From assembly GCF_001481685.1 (NCBI RefSeq), contig NZ_CP006867.1, positions 870,001-902,000 on the forward strand: a DNA stretch of 32,000 nt. Reading direction: 5' to 3'. A program made the translations under genes and the position numbers. Origin of the DNA: Ignicoccus islandicus DSM 13165 (lineage in GTDB: Archaea > Thermoproteota > Thermoprotei_A > Sulfolobales > Ignicoccaceae). The notes under the pieces are model-generated. The model did not search any database and was not told where the DNA came from. It was given only the letters and a program-made list of their open reading frames with translations. Positions 17,483 through 26,623 of this stretch are shown piece after piece. The number at the start of each line of letters is the position of its first letter. The stretch's first letter is position 1.

Positions 17483-17758
17483 GTGAGGAAATTCAGTATA
17501 GTTTTCTCCCTCATACTCCTATCAGCTTCGGTCTTCGCGGCTGACATGAATAAGCCTGAATACGTAACTGACGTCCAGCTAGCCAAGTTCTTCGCAGCTT
17601 ATTCCCTTATAGGAGGAGTACTCACTTCGGTGTCGCTTCTAGTTGCTGGCCAACCTCTAATTGGAATAGGATTTCTAATTGGGAGCTTAATTGCTGCGGC
17701 AATAACCTACTTCCTAGCGCTGTTCTTACTGAAGTTGGTAAAATCAATTGAGATTTAA
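17483..17758 (+). CDS. Small membrane protein (signal/TM plus 2 TM)
   Basis: 91 aa with hydrophobic segments FSIVFSLILLSASVFA and LIGIGFLIGSLIAAAITYFLALFLL. GTG start. Confidence 0.45.
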   Translation: MRKFSIVFSLILLSASVFAADMNKPEYVTDVQLAKFFAAYSLIGGVLTSVSLLVAGQPLIGIGFLIGSLIAAAITYFLALFLLKLVKSIEI

Positions 17759-17760
17759 AT

Positions 17761-18534
17761 TTAGACTTTAACGAACCATTTTTTGACTAAACCGCTTTCG
17801 ATTAACCTCTTGTAACCGTACCCCAACTTCAACATCGTTAGAACCTTCCCCCTATTTTCCGGAGGCACGTAAGTGCCAGCAACGTGAGTTGCACCGAGCA
17901 AGCTTGCGAAGTACGGATGAACGGTGGCAGTCGGTCCTATCAACAGCTTCGCTCTCGACTTCACTTTCTCGAAAACTATTGATAGCCTGGGATCCAGCAA
18001 GGAGGAACCGGTCGCTATTATCGCGTCCGCATCGTCTTCCAAGAAGACGTAGTTCCCTGGGTAACTTTCAATGCCGCTTCTCTTAGCTTCGCAACGGTAG
18101 ACGTGATTGTCCTCGTACAGTACTACTTGAGCGCCCTCCTTCTTAAGCTCCTCTATTACGTTCTTCATGTATCCTATTGCTATAACCTTCATGCCTCTTT
18201 GAAGGCCGATCATTTCAGATACCTTCGGCGATGGCGTTTCAACCTCTCCACCTTCTTCTATCCACTTTTGAGTAAGCGCTGAGAGAGCGGACAGCGCTAG
18301 GGAAGTTTCTGCTATCCCCTTCCACGCAAGCTTAAAGAGATCTCTTACCATCAACCCCTCTAGTTCTATTATCTCTGGAGGTTCTGTATCGGGGCAATAA
18401 GCGAAGCCTATGGAGTCCATTACCTTGGCGTAACTCATCCTCTTAGAGATCCCTAGGTCCTCTATTCGAGAAGTGGAGTACTTGCTCAGAGCGCTCTTCA
18501 GCGTTGCTATTAGCGCATTCGATAACAAGTTCAT
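17761..18534 (-). CDS. Rossmann-like protein, DUF364/DUF4213-like (putative)
   Basis: 257 aa. MKVIAIGYMKNVIEELKKEGAQVVLYEDN and the overall layout are reminiscent of the DUF364 family. This is a tentative call. Confidence 0.45.
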   Translation of the reverse strand: MNLLSNALIATLKSALSKYSTSRIEDLGISKRMSYAKVMDSIGFAYCPDTEPPEIIELEGLMVRDLFKLAWKGIAETSLALSALSALTQKWIEEGGEVETPSPKVSEMIGLQRGMKVIAIGYMKNVIEELKKEGAQVVLYEDNHVYRCEAKRSGIESYPGNYVFLEDDADAIIATGSSLLDPRLSIVFEKVKSRAKLLIGPTATVHPYFASLLGATHVAGTYVPPENRGKVLTMLKLGYGYKRLIESGLVKKWFVKV

Positions 18535-18577
18535 ATTATCTCCTAACGATACGCTAGTTCAGCTAATGAAATAAAGG

Positions 18578-18904
18578 TTAGGGATGTTCGCGCTCACCTT
18601 TCAATAGCTTGTAGGCCCTGGAGGCCTCTACAGCAGCTGCGCCCCAGACCCCGAACTTGAGGTACTCCTTCGCGTTCCTTAACAAGAACCTACCAACCAA
18701 ACCCCTCAAGCCTCTCTTTTCCATCGAATCTACCTCCCTAACCATGGCTTCAACTAAGGTCGCCTCCCTTCCCCCGTAGTATACTTTCCAAGTTAGGAAC
18801 TCCAGGTCCGGGTAGACTTCGGTAGTTATTTGAAAGGTGGTCAAGACTATTATAACAGCAGTGAGTACTAGTAGGAAAGCTATCGCCAGTTGGAGGAAGT
18901 ACAT
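18578..18904 (-). CDS. Membrane-anchored hypothetical protein
   Basis: 108 aa with an N-terminal TM (FLQLAIAFLLVLTAVIIVL). It begins 4 nt after the transglutaminase-like gene ends. Confidence 0.5.
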   Translation of the reverse strand: MYFLQLAIAFLLVLTAVIIVLTTFQITTEVYPDLEFLTWKVYYGGREATLVEAMVREVDSMEKRGLRGLVGRFLLRNAKEYLKFGVWGAAAVEASRAYKLLKGEREHP

Positions 18905-18908
18905 GGGA

Positions 18909-20189
18909 TCACCTCCTCAAACACCACTTCAGAGCCTTCCAAATTCCCTTCCTAATCCACTTACCTTCCCTCAAGTACTTCAGCTGCGCTTCCTTCAGTT
19001 CTTCTATTCCAGTAATCTCAGCTACCTCTCTCAGAGTTAACCCTCTCTTGCCTATCTTCCTCTCAACGCATTTCCTAAACGCAACTGGCCATCTGAATAT
19101 CCAGTCCGCAATGAAGTCCCTAAGGGTCATGTAAGTAACCGCTAGCCCTCCAGCCGCTATCAGTACGTTCGTGAAAGCTCCACTCAAGTTCCAATTGACC
19201 TCTCCTGGACCCTTACTACCTAGAGGCGTTCTCACTTGAGTTCCTTGAGATGGAGGTTGAACGCCCCCAGTAGGGGCAATGACTTGAGGGGAACCGAGCT
19301 CGATCGCTTGAGGGGGCGAAGGGTCCCATGGTACCCATCCGTACCCAGGTACCCACACTTCAACCCAGAGGTGAGTGGGAGTCACGAACGTCCTAACGTT
19401 ACCGTTGATGTAGCTAACTGCGTATCCGTAAACCACCCTAGCCTTTATTCCCATGTCGTTCAAAAGTACCGCTGCCGCCGAGGCGAAGTGAACGCACATC
19501 CCCACTTTGGACTGAAATAGGAACCAGTCTACCGGGTCTCCTCCCGGGGCACCGGAATAGTATAGAGAGTACTGATAGTCTCCTCGCAACCAGTTCGTTA
19601 AGTAGTTCAATAAGGCCCTTAAAGGTCTGTACCTAAACTTCTCTAAGAGCTCGTTAGCTAAATTGATCACCCTGGGAGTGGACCATTGCGCTTTCTCTCC
19701 TAAAATAGAGTTAACCGTTACTGAGAGGGCTGGAAATTCCTCATAGGGATAAGGGTCCGAGTAGACCACTTTCACTTTCAATCTCATTGCGGAAGTGGTC
19801 ACCGTATCTCCGGAAAGCCTTCCGTTAACTACGGAAGGAGCCCAACCGGGCGCGGGTTGAGGGACGGGAAACGCCGGGTAAAGGAACACGGAGAACGGCG
19901 TAATGGCTACGGTGAACTCTTCGCCTCCTTGCCTTAGGGCATCGAAAGAACCTCCCGTCCTGACCCACTTTCCGTCCTGATATTTGTCGAAGGAGGCGAC
20001 GCGGAGGTACTTCGCGTGCGGTGGCGATACTACCGCGAGCACAGTTGAGTGGGACCTAGCGTCCCACGAGAACGGTATCTCCAATACGTTTCCGCTAGCT
20101 ATCGCACCGGAGCTTACCGGTTTCACGAAAGCCGTTCCCAAGTACGCCAGCGTCATTGAAACCAACAGAGCTACCACTAGCTTTATCAA
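18909..20189 (-). CDS. Transglutaminase-like cysteine protease superfamily membrane protein
   Basis: 426 aa. GMCVHFASAAAVLLNDMGIKARVVYGY (catalytic Cys) and THLWVEVWVPGYGWVPWDPS (His/Asp) are present, with N-terminal and C-terminal TM segments. Confidence 0.75.
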   Translation of the reverse strand: MIKLVVALLVSMTLAYLGTAFVKPVSSGAIASGNVLEIPFSWDARSHSTVLAVVSPPHAKYLRVASFDKYQDGKWVRTGGSFDALRQGGEEFTVAITPFSVFLYPAFPVPQPAPGWAPSVVNGRLSGDTVTTSAMRLKVKVVYSDPYPYEEFPALSVTVNSILGEKAQWSTPRVINLANELLEKFRYRPLRALLNYLTNWLRGDYQYSLYYSGAPGGDPVDWFLFQSKVGMCVHFASAAAVLLNDMGIKARVVYGYAVSYINGNVRTFVTPTHLWVEVWVPGYGWVPWDPSPPQAIELGSPQVIAPTGGVQPPSQGTQVRTPLGSKGPGEVNWNLSGAFTNVLIAAGGLAVTYMTLRDFIADWIFRWPVAFRKCVERKIGKRGLTLREVAEITGIEELKEAQLKYLREGKWIRKGIWKALKWCLRR

Positions 20190-20235
20190 TGCCTAAGGCC
20201 CTCTCCGACCTCCCTCTATGAAGCGTTACAAAAGC

Positions 20236-20562
20236 TTAAGGCACTTCACTGGAGAAGTCGAACGGCTTCTTAGATCTCTTAAAGAGCTTATAGTACTCGC
20301 CGTCCTTTTCGACGTGGTAGCCCTTCACTTCCGCGACTTCCTCGTCTACTTCTCCCTTCAACGTTATGTCTACCTCGAACCTGCCGTCCAATACCCTCCA
20401 CCTTATTACGTGTTCTCCCTTGCTAGCAACTATACTGAAGCCTATCTTTTCCTCGCCTACCAAGTTCCTGACTACTGCCTTCCTCAAAGAGGTTTGGTAG
20501 TCCTTAGATTCGAGCATTCTCTTCACTTTTAAGGCCTCTCTTTCCATCTCCTCTTCCTTCAA
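20236..20562 (-). CDS. Hypothetical protein
   Basis: 108 aa with charged, thermophile-like composition. It is preferred over the overlapping + strand ORF (20218-20532), which is Leu/Phe/Tyr-rich. Confidence 0.45.
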   Translation of the reverse strand: MKEEEMEREALKVKRMLESKDYQTSLRKAVVRNLVGEEKIGFSIVASKGEHVIRWRVLDGRFEVDITLKGEVDEEVAEVKGYHVEKDGEYYKLFKRSKKPFDFSSEVP

Positions 20563-20643
20563 AGGCCCCTCCCCTAGTTAGCGCTTTCTAGAGCGGAAGG
20601 AATTATATTTTGAATATCGCTTAGTCCTTAGGGTAGTTGAGTT

Positions 20644-20952
20644 TTGATGGAAGGGAAAGTTTACGTCATAACTGACGAGACCACGTGTGCCCTCTTCAGG
20701 CTCATGGGGGCGGCCGTGGTCAAGAGCAACGATCCAGACGAAACTTTGAGGAAGCTTAAGGAGCTCTTGGGAAGGGAGGACGCAGCCGTAGTGCTAGTTT
20801 CCTACGACGTTGCCTACGGAAAGGAAGACGAAATTAGGGAAATAGCCTCTAAGGTCCCGAGACCAGTAATATCTCTTATTCCGGGCAGGAAGTTCAAGCC
20901 ACCGAAGCTGGATCCCAACGAGGTATTAATGAAGGCGTTAGGTTTCGGATGA
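20644..20952 (+). CDS. atpF: A/V-type ATP synthase subunit F
   Basis: 102 aa. KVYVITDETTCALFRLMGAAVV...AAVVLVSYDVA fits subunit F. The likely start is the ATG at 20647. TATA-like TTATATTTT lies at ~20603-20611. Confidence 0.7.
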   Translation: MMEGKVYVITDETTCALFRLMGAAVVKSNDPDETLRKLKELLGREDAAVVLVSYDVAYGKEDEIREIASKVPRPVISLIPGRKFKPPKLDPNEVLMKALGFG

Positions 20953-20993
20953 GTTTAAACCCCATGCAATAGATAGATTGTGGGTGAGGAAAG

Positions 20994-21629
20994 ATGGCAG
21001 AGAAGCTCAAGTTCATTGGGAGCGTTGAAAACGTAACCGAAAAAGTAAGGGCGGACGCTTACAGCAAAATAGACGCCACAGTTGATGCTGCGCTCAAGGA
21101 GGCAAAGGAGCTTCTATCTAAGAAGCTAGATGAGGTATACGCCCCGTTAGAGGTCGAAATAGAGGGTCTATTAAATAGAGCCAGCCAGAGGCTCGAAGCT
21201 GAGAAAGCCTCCTTGGAAATGGAATTGAGGAAGAGGATAGAGGAGCTCAAGAAGCAGTACCTAAACGAAGTTATAGAGAAGGCGTGGGAGGTCGTTCTGA
21301 AGGAGGCGCGAGAAGGTAGCGAGAGATACGTGAAGACCTTAGAGAGGGCTCTGATTAACATGTCGAAGGAGGCCGGGGACGACGAAGTGGAGGTATACGC
21401 CTTGAAGAAGGACTTGGAGACCGTTAAGAGAATTATCGAAGAGAAGGGGTTGACCAACCTGAGCGTTGGTAAGAGCGCAGAGGAGGCCGGCCTAAGGATG
21501 AGCGGTGGAGTGATAGGCAAGTCCAAGAAGGGTTCGATATGGTACAACTACTCCTTAGAGAGGCTCTTCTCGGAGGTCGTGGAGGAACTTAAGCCCAAGG
21601 TTATAGAAATAATCTCCGAAGGTATCTAA
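20994..21629 (+). CDS. atpE: A/V-type ATP synthase subunit E
   Basis: 211 aa. A long N-terminal coiled coil and a C-terminal GGVIGKSKKGSIWYNYSLERLF are typical of subunit E. It follows atpF. Confidence 0.65.
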   Translation: MAEKLKFIGSVENVTEKVRADAYSKIDATVDAALKEAKELLSKKLDEVYAPLEVEIEGLLNRASQRLEAEKASLEMELRKRIEELKKQYLNEVIEKAWEVVLKEAREGSERYVKTLERALINMSKEAGDDEVEVYALKKDLETVKRIIEEKGLTNLSVGKSAEEAGLRMSGGVIGKSKKGSIWYNYSLERLFSEVVEELKPKVIEIISEGI

Positions 21630-22453
21630 GTTTTTATCGCAATTACTCCTAGGGCCTCCTTGTACCTCCTGACCTTAAAGCCGACCTCGGTCAACCTCTT
21701 CGCCACTCCCCTAGCTAAGTCTACCCCTCTACTTCTACCGAAGTTACCGGTGTAATGGAAGAGTACGCCGCCTTCCTTCATGACCCTATAGAGTTGCGCG
21801 TAGAACTTCCGCGAATACAGTTCGCCAGCCATGGTTATCACTGGCGGGTCGTGAATTACCCTATCGAAGCTTTCGTCCTCGAACTCATTAATTAATTCGA
21901 ACGCGTCTCCTTTCAGTACCGTTGCTCCTTCCAATTCCTTGGACCAAGGGTTCCATTGAGCCAACTCAATAACTTCCTCGTTCAACTCAATAGTCACCAC
22001 TTCCGCGCCCCTTAGTAGGGAGGCTATGGCGGTATACCCCAGCCCCATACACGTGTCCAAGACCTTCATTCCAGGCCTTATTTTCAATGGGGCGACTTTG
22101 AGGAGAGTATCTCTCCAAGGATCAACGTTCTTCACTTGGTGCATGTGGATCCCATCTATCTCTAATGTTGGGTGACCGGGTTTCTCTAAAGGCTTGAGCT
22201 TGAAGTAATGCGTGGTTCTAATTTCGAGTGGAACGAGGCCTTCTTCAGTTACAGCGTAGAGCTTGCCCTCCTTTAGGTCGCTTAGCCGAAACCTCGTTCC
22301 GTTAACTTCTACGTTCTCGCCCCTTACCTCAACGCTGACCTTAGTCCCGTTCTCGTCTATGCTCCCGCTACCCAGACTTTCTATCCATTCCTTGCTTACT
22401 ACGGGATATCCCTTCCATCTAAAGCGAACTTTCAACCCATCGCTAGCCTCCAC
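21626..22453 (-). CDS. Class I SAM-dependent methyltransferase with DPP motif (N-methyltransferase type) and a ~110-aa N-terminal domain
   Basis: 275 aa. VLDTCMGLGYTAIASLLRGA is motif I and VIHDPPVI is motif IV. It overlaps the folE 3' end by 22 nt. Confidence 0.7.
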   Translation of the reverse strand: MEASDGLKVRFRWKGYPVVSKEWIESLGSGSIDENGTKVSVEVRGENVEVNGTRFRLSDLKEGKLYAVTEEGLVPLEIRTTHYFKLKPLEKPGHPTLEIDGIHMHQVKNVDPWRDTLLKVAPLKIRPGMKVLDTCMGLGYTAIASLLRGAEVVTIELNEEVIELAQWNPWSKELEGATVLKGDAFELINEFEDESFDRVIHDPPVITMAGELYSRKFYAQLYRVMKEGGVLFHYTGNFGRSRGVDLARGVAKRLTEVGFKVRRYKEALGVIAIKT

Positions 22454-22953
22454 GCCCTCTGAAGGAGTAGTTGATCCTTCTCTAAAGTTCCCCTAACGGC
22501 CTCAGTAACCATTTCTACGTCAGGATCTTCCACCCCCCTCGTGGCCACGCAGCTGTGTTTAGCTTTCACTAAGACGTAAACGCCCCTAGCTCCGGCCTCC
22601 ATTATTTTATCCGCTACCTTAGCTGTAAACCTCTCTTGGAGCATTGGTCTCTTCGCGAGCCATTTCACCATCCTAGGTATCTTGCTTAGACCTATCACCT
22701 TGTCCCTTTGGGGGTGGTAAACAACAGTTACTTTACCTATTATTGGTAGTAGGTGATGTTCACACAGAGAACTAAACGAAATGTCCTTGACAACTATTAA
22801 GTCGTTATCGCCGAGCTCGTATTCCGAGTCGAACACCTTCAATTCCGGCTCGGGTTCCTTCAATCCCCTCAAGAACTCCTCGAAAGCCCTAGCGTACCTT
22901 TCGGGAGTTTCCCTTAAGCCGGGGCGCTCAACGTCTTCACCGTATTTCCTCAA
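22432..22953 (-). CDS. folE: GTP cyclohydrolase I (FolE type)
   Basis: 173 aa with RPGLRETPERYARAFEEF and SLCEHHLLP. TTG start, with an in-frame TGA 13 codons upstream. TATA-like CTTTAAATCT (minus strand) lies at ~23010-23020. Confidence 0.85.
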   Translation of the reverse strand: MRKYGEDVERPGLRETPERYARAFEEFLRGLKEPEPELKVFDSEYELGDNDLIVVKDISFSSLCEHHLLPIIGKVTVVYHPQRDKVIGLSKIPRMVKWLAKRPMLQERFTAKVADKIMEAGARGVYVLVKAKHSCVATRGVEDPDVEMVTEAVRGTLEKDQLLLQRAWRLAMG

Positions 22954-23040
22954 GACTTCCCTTATGGCCCTCTCAAGTTCCTCCGTCTTCCTTCACCGCG
23001 TTGCATGAGTCAGAAGAGATTTAAAGGGGAAGCGAAGGGG

Positions 23041-24195
23041 CTAGTCAACGCCTAGATCCCTAGCCTTCGCGAAGCCTTCGGACGCCCTCTCGTATACCTT
23101 CTCCATGAATGACTTCAGTAGCCGCGTCCCGCTTTCAGGATCCATTACTTTGGGAACTGGGATCTCCTCGACCCATAAGCTCTTGTACATTCGGTTCACA
23201 TTCTCTGAGGATAGTTCGTCCCCCTCCAAGCCTTTCTTCATCTTGTATAACTTTTTCCCTAATATCGGACTAAACCTCCAATAATGTCCCTCTAGGAACT
23301 CTTCCCACGTTATTCCGTAGTCGTGCTTCTTGAAAGAAGCCCTCATTGCTTCTTCTATTAAGCCCGGGTCCTTCACCAACTTCCAGTCTTCTTCCGTGAA
23401 TTCGTGCAGGGCCCTATATGGACAGAAGGCACACGCCACTCTAGGTAGTCCCATTAAGTAATCCGGATGTACGGCGTTTGCGTCCCTAACTGCTTTGACT
23501 ACATCTATTAGAGTTAGGGCATAGATGGGCCTCACCCTAATTCCATCGAATAGCTTGCCTCCCTTCAATCTCTTGAACCTCTTCAAGGACTCGGTCATCC
23601 TTTCCCCGTCTGCTCTGGCCCAGTCCTTGTGTTCCTTCAATACCTTCTTTATTGGCCTCACCTTCATTGTAGTGCACCATCTATTTCCTCGGAAGGGCAT
23701 CCCTTGCTTGAGCATGTGTCTCATTACTTCCTCTTCGGGGGCTAGGATCTCCAGCTTAGCACCTAACTTATTACTGACCCTCTCTACGAAGTCAATGTTC
23801 CTTTCAGGTTCTAGGAAGGTCACGTGGGAGTATAATAAGAGAACGTCCGCACCAGCATCTATTAACGCCTTCGCCGCAGCGATGCTGTCCTTACCCCCAG
23901 AGAAGTTCAAGACCACCTTCAATCCTTGGGGTATCTGTTTGCCCAGCCAGTCTACGTATTCCTCCCAGTTCCACGCTATAGAAACGTAAGGCCAAGGGAT
24001 GTCCTCGAAGAAGCGCGGGAAGTTCAGCTTCTCGCCGTTCGCTTCTAAGACGGGCCACTTAATCAAATCGGTAACGTCAACAGCCCTTTCGTTAGTTATC
24101 CATAGGTAGTATTTCCCGTTTAAGAACGTGAAGTCCGTTGAGGAGTTCAACCAGCCCAGTATTCGCCCCTTATCTATGTAAGGATACCTTTCCAC
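23041..24195 (-). CDS. PAPS reductase / DndC-like PP-loop ATP pyrophosphatase family protein
   Basis: 384 aa. The NFSGGKDS PP-loop, RWCTTMKVRPIKK and CAFCPY are present. There is an ~90-aa N-terminal extension with no recognised motif. Confidence 0.7.
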   Translation of the reverse strand: MERYPYIDKGRILGWLNSSTDFTFLNGKYYLWITNERAVDVTDLIKWPVLEANGEKLNFPRFFEDIPWPYVSIAWNWEEYVDWLGKQIPQGLKVVLNFSGGKDSIAAAKALIDAGADVLLLYSHVTFLEPERNIDFVERVSNKLGAKLEILAPEEEVMRHMLKQGMPFRGNRWCTTMKVRPIKKVLKEHKDWARADGERMTESLKRFKRLKGGKLFDGIRVRPIYALTLIDVVKAVRDANAVHPDYLMGLPRVACAFCPYRALHEFTEEDWKLVKDPGLIEEAMRASFKKHDYGITWEEFLEGHYWRFSPILGKKLYKMKKGLEGDELSSENVNRMYKSLWVEEIPVPKVMDPESGTRLLKSFMEKVYERASEGFAKARDLGVD

Positions 24196-24232
24196 TATTC
24201 CTCCTTCGATAGTTTCAAAAGCGGAAAGTAAA

Positions 24233-25918
24233 TTAGTACTTGCGTTCCTCTGGGGGCCACCTAGTTATCACTACCGGTTCCTTTTCCATTACCCATTCGC
24301 CTCTCCAACTCATTACAGTGTGGTAGAGCCATTCGGAGTCGTTCCTCTTCGGATAGTCCGTCCTAAAGTGGGCGCCCCTGCTTTCCCTTCTCCATAATGC
24401 AGCAGTAGCTACTGCGTAGGCGTTGAAGACCATGTTTATGGTTTCGTGCACTGCTACCAGTTCGTAAGCTCCCGGTCCCTTCTCGCCCTTTACGTACTTG
24501 GAAAGCCTCAGTAGCTCAGCAATTTCCTTCAAAGCTTCCTTCAACCCTTCCTCGTTCCTCTCTATTCCTACCTTCTCCCACATTACCTCACCGAGCCTCT
24601 TCCTTATCTCACCGAAGGGGAGCCCGCTCTCAATTGTGGTTGGTGCCCACAACCTCGCCTCGGCTTCCCTCAATGCCTCCTTCGGGGGTTCGGGATAGCT
24701 CCTACTCAGAGCGTAAGACGCAGCTGCCATCCCGGCCCTCCTACCGAAAACTAGGGTCTCCAGGAGCGAGTTGGATCCCAACCTATTAGCTCCGTGAACG
24801 CTAACGCAAGCGGCTTCCCCTGCTGCGAACAGACCCTTAACGTTAGTAGCCCCATCTAGGTCAGTTTTCACACCGCCCATCGTGTAGTGGGCGGCGGGCC
24901 TAACTGGAATTGGCTCCTTAACGGGATCTACCTTGGCGAACTTTATGGAGACTTCCCTTACTAGGGGCAACCTCTCCTTTATCTTCTCTTCACCTAAATG
25001 GGTTAAGTCCAGCAGCACGTAACCGCCTTCGAACCCCCTACCTTCCCTTATCTCGTTTACTATTGCCCTAGCCACTAAGTCCCTCGGAGCTAGCTCCATC
25101 CTGTCGGGGGCGTATCTCTTCATGAAACGTTCGCCTTCCTTGTTTATCAAGTATCCCCCTTCGCCCCTCGCTGCCTCTGTAATTAGAATGTTAGTTGGAT
25201 AAAGGGCGGTTGGATGGAACTGTATGAACTCCATGTCGGCCAGTTTCGCTCCAGCCCTAGCGGCTATCGCGTAACCATCGCCCGAATTGAGGTAGCTGTT
25301 CGTTGAGAACTTGTACATGAGTCCCCCTCCGCCAGTAGCGAGCACCACGCTCTTACTCTTTATAAAGATATCTTCGCCGCTTTTCACGTCGAAGCCGTAA
25401 ACCCCGTAAACCCTTTCCCCATCGCTAACGACGTCGGTGACGTAGAACTCGTAGAGCATTTCCACTCCTTCCGCCAATGCTCTCTCGAAAGCGGTGTGGA
25501 GCAAACACATACCGGTTTTGTCCGCAGCGAACCTCGTTCTCGGGTAAGTGTGGCCACCGAAAGGCCTCCTCGCTATCTTCCCATCCGGGTCCCTGGAAAA
25601 CAAGCACCCCCATTTCTCCATCTCAATTATGGCCCTTTCAGCGTCCTTCGTCATTAGTTCCACGGCGTCTTGATCTGCCAACCAATCCGAGCCCTTTACG
25701 GTATCGTAGGCGTGTTGGAGAGGCGAATCGTTCGGATCCGAAGCTCCTTCTATATATGCAGCGATCCCTCCCTCTGCGGCTGAGGAATGGCTTCGGAGGG
25801 GGTGGGATTTAGCAACTAATAGAACTGAGGCTCCGAGCCTCTTGGCCTCGATCGCCGCTCTCAGCCCGGCTAGCCCACCCCCAACAACGAGAACGTCAAA
25901 AGGACCTATCTGTTCCAA
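24233..25918 (-). CDS. sdhA: Succinate dehydrogenase/fumarate reductase-type flavoprotein subunit (no partner subunits nearby)
   Basis: 561 aa. [12 protein letters not shown] (FAD), [13 protein letters not shown] (His for covalent FAD), FIQFHPTA and [20 protein letters not shown] are present. Confidence 0.7.
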   Translation of the reverse strand: MEQIGPFDVLVVGGGLAGLRAAIEAKRLGASVLLVAKSHPLRSHSSAAEGGIAAYIEGASDPNDSPLQHAYDTVKGSDWLADQDAVELMTKDAERAIIEMEKWGCLFSRDPDGKIARRPFGGHTYPRTRFAADKTGMCLLHTAFERALAEGVEMLYEFYVTDVVSDGERVYGVYGFDVKSGEDIFIKSKSVVLATGGGGLMYKFSTNSYLNSGDGYAIAARAGAKLADMEFIQFHPTALYPTNILITEAARGEGGYLINKEGERFMKRYAPDRMELAPRDLVARAIVNEIREGRGFEGGYVLLDLTHLGEEKIKERLPLVREVSIKFAKVDPVKEPIPVRPAAHYTMGGVKTDLDGATNVKGLFAAGEAACVSVHGANRLGSNSLLETLVFGRRAGMAAASYALSRSYPEPPKEALREAEARLWAPTTIESGLPFGEIRKRLGEVMWEKVGIERNEEGLKEALKEIAELLRLSKYVKGEKGPGAYELVAVHETINMVFNAYAVATAALWRRESRGAHFRTDYPKRNDSEWLYHTVMSWRGEWVMEKEPVVITRWPPEERKY

Positions 25919-25954
25919 GACGCATTCTCCGAAAGATAGTTGCTTGAGGACTTA

Positions 25955-26554
25955 TCACGCTTTCGCGGAGTTCGCTAGGAGCTTCCTTAAGGCGTCCAAG
26001 GCGTCCTCACAGAGCTTAGTTGCCAAGTACTTGATTGCTTTCTCTATTGCTTCCTTCCTAACGTTAATACCTTTGCCTTCCAAGCATCTAATGACTTCCC
26101 CTATTTCCGAGTCTACTCTGAGGCTCTCCGGTTTGCTCTTAAATGAAAAAGCGCTTTCTCGTTCGAGTCTCTTGTAGTACTCGCACACATTATATATTAG
26201 CCAGAATCGGGGCGCCCAGCTCCTTGGCCTAAAGCACTCGTTCTTATATTTAGATACAAGTTCGTTTAAGTCGAAGTCGCAAGAAACGCCCCTTTCTTTC
26301 GCCAGTTCAGCTACAGCTTCCGAAATCGCGTAATCTATGCATTCCCCTAAAGCGCTCCTCAATCCTACTCTCTTCGGTAGACCGGACTCTAGTTCCTTCA
26401 AGTCGGACGAGTCCAAGAATCCCTTTTTCAATACCAGCTTCCTAAGTAGATTTAGAATCAGTAGTACGCTGTTATCGGATATTCTGGCGCTGATCGTCAC
26501 CGTCTTCTTGGACGCCCTTTCGTTCGGAAGTAGACGCTCTCTCCTGGACATCAA
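25955..26554 (-). CDS. Hypothetical helical protein, possible ribbon-helix-helix N-terminus
   Basis: 199 aa. KKTVTISARISDNSVLLILNLLRKL resembles an RHH strand-helix (weak). It follows the ParA-like gene on the same strand. The likely start is the ATG at 26551. Confidence 0.5.
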   Translation of the reverse strand: MMSRRERLLPNERASKKTVTISARISDNSVLLILNLLRKLVLKKGFLDSSDLKELESGLPKRVGLRSALGECIDYAISEAVAELAKERGVSCDFDLNELVSKYKNECFRPRSWAPRFWLIYNVCEYYKRLERESAFSFKSKPESLRVDSEIGEVIRCLEGKGINVRKEAIEKAIKYLATKLCEDALDALRKLLANSAKA

Positions 26555-26623
26555 TATACCTCAAGTTCTTTCTTAGGAAGAGATGTGATTAAGCTCTTGC
26601 GTCTGGATTTGTATATGGTTCGA

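Noticed and set aside
2766-26177. Antisense shadow ORFs opposite well-supported genes. Examples: 2766-3077, 3237-3582, 5186-5422, 8256-8888, 9000-9230, 10123-10335, 11046-11378, 15433-15723, 15951-16277, 16619-16945, 17889-18086, 19236-19520, 21059-21547, 22263-22496, 22781-23008, 23525-23989, 24498-24698, 25477-26177
   Set aside because: Each lies within and opposite an ORF with recognisable family motifs. Their Ser/Leu/Pro/Thr-rich composition is typical of the reverse strand of Glu/Lys/Arg-rich thermophile genes.
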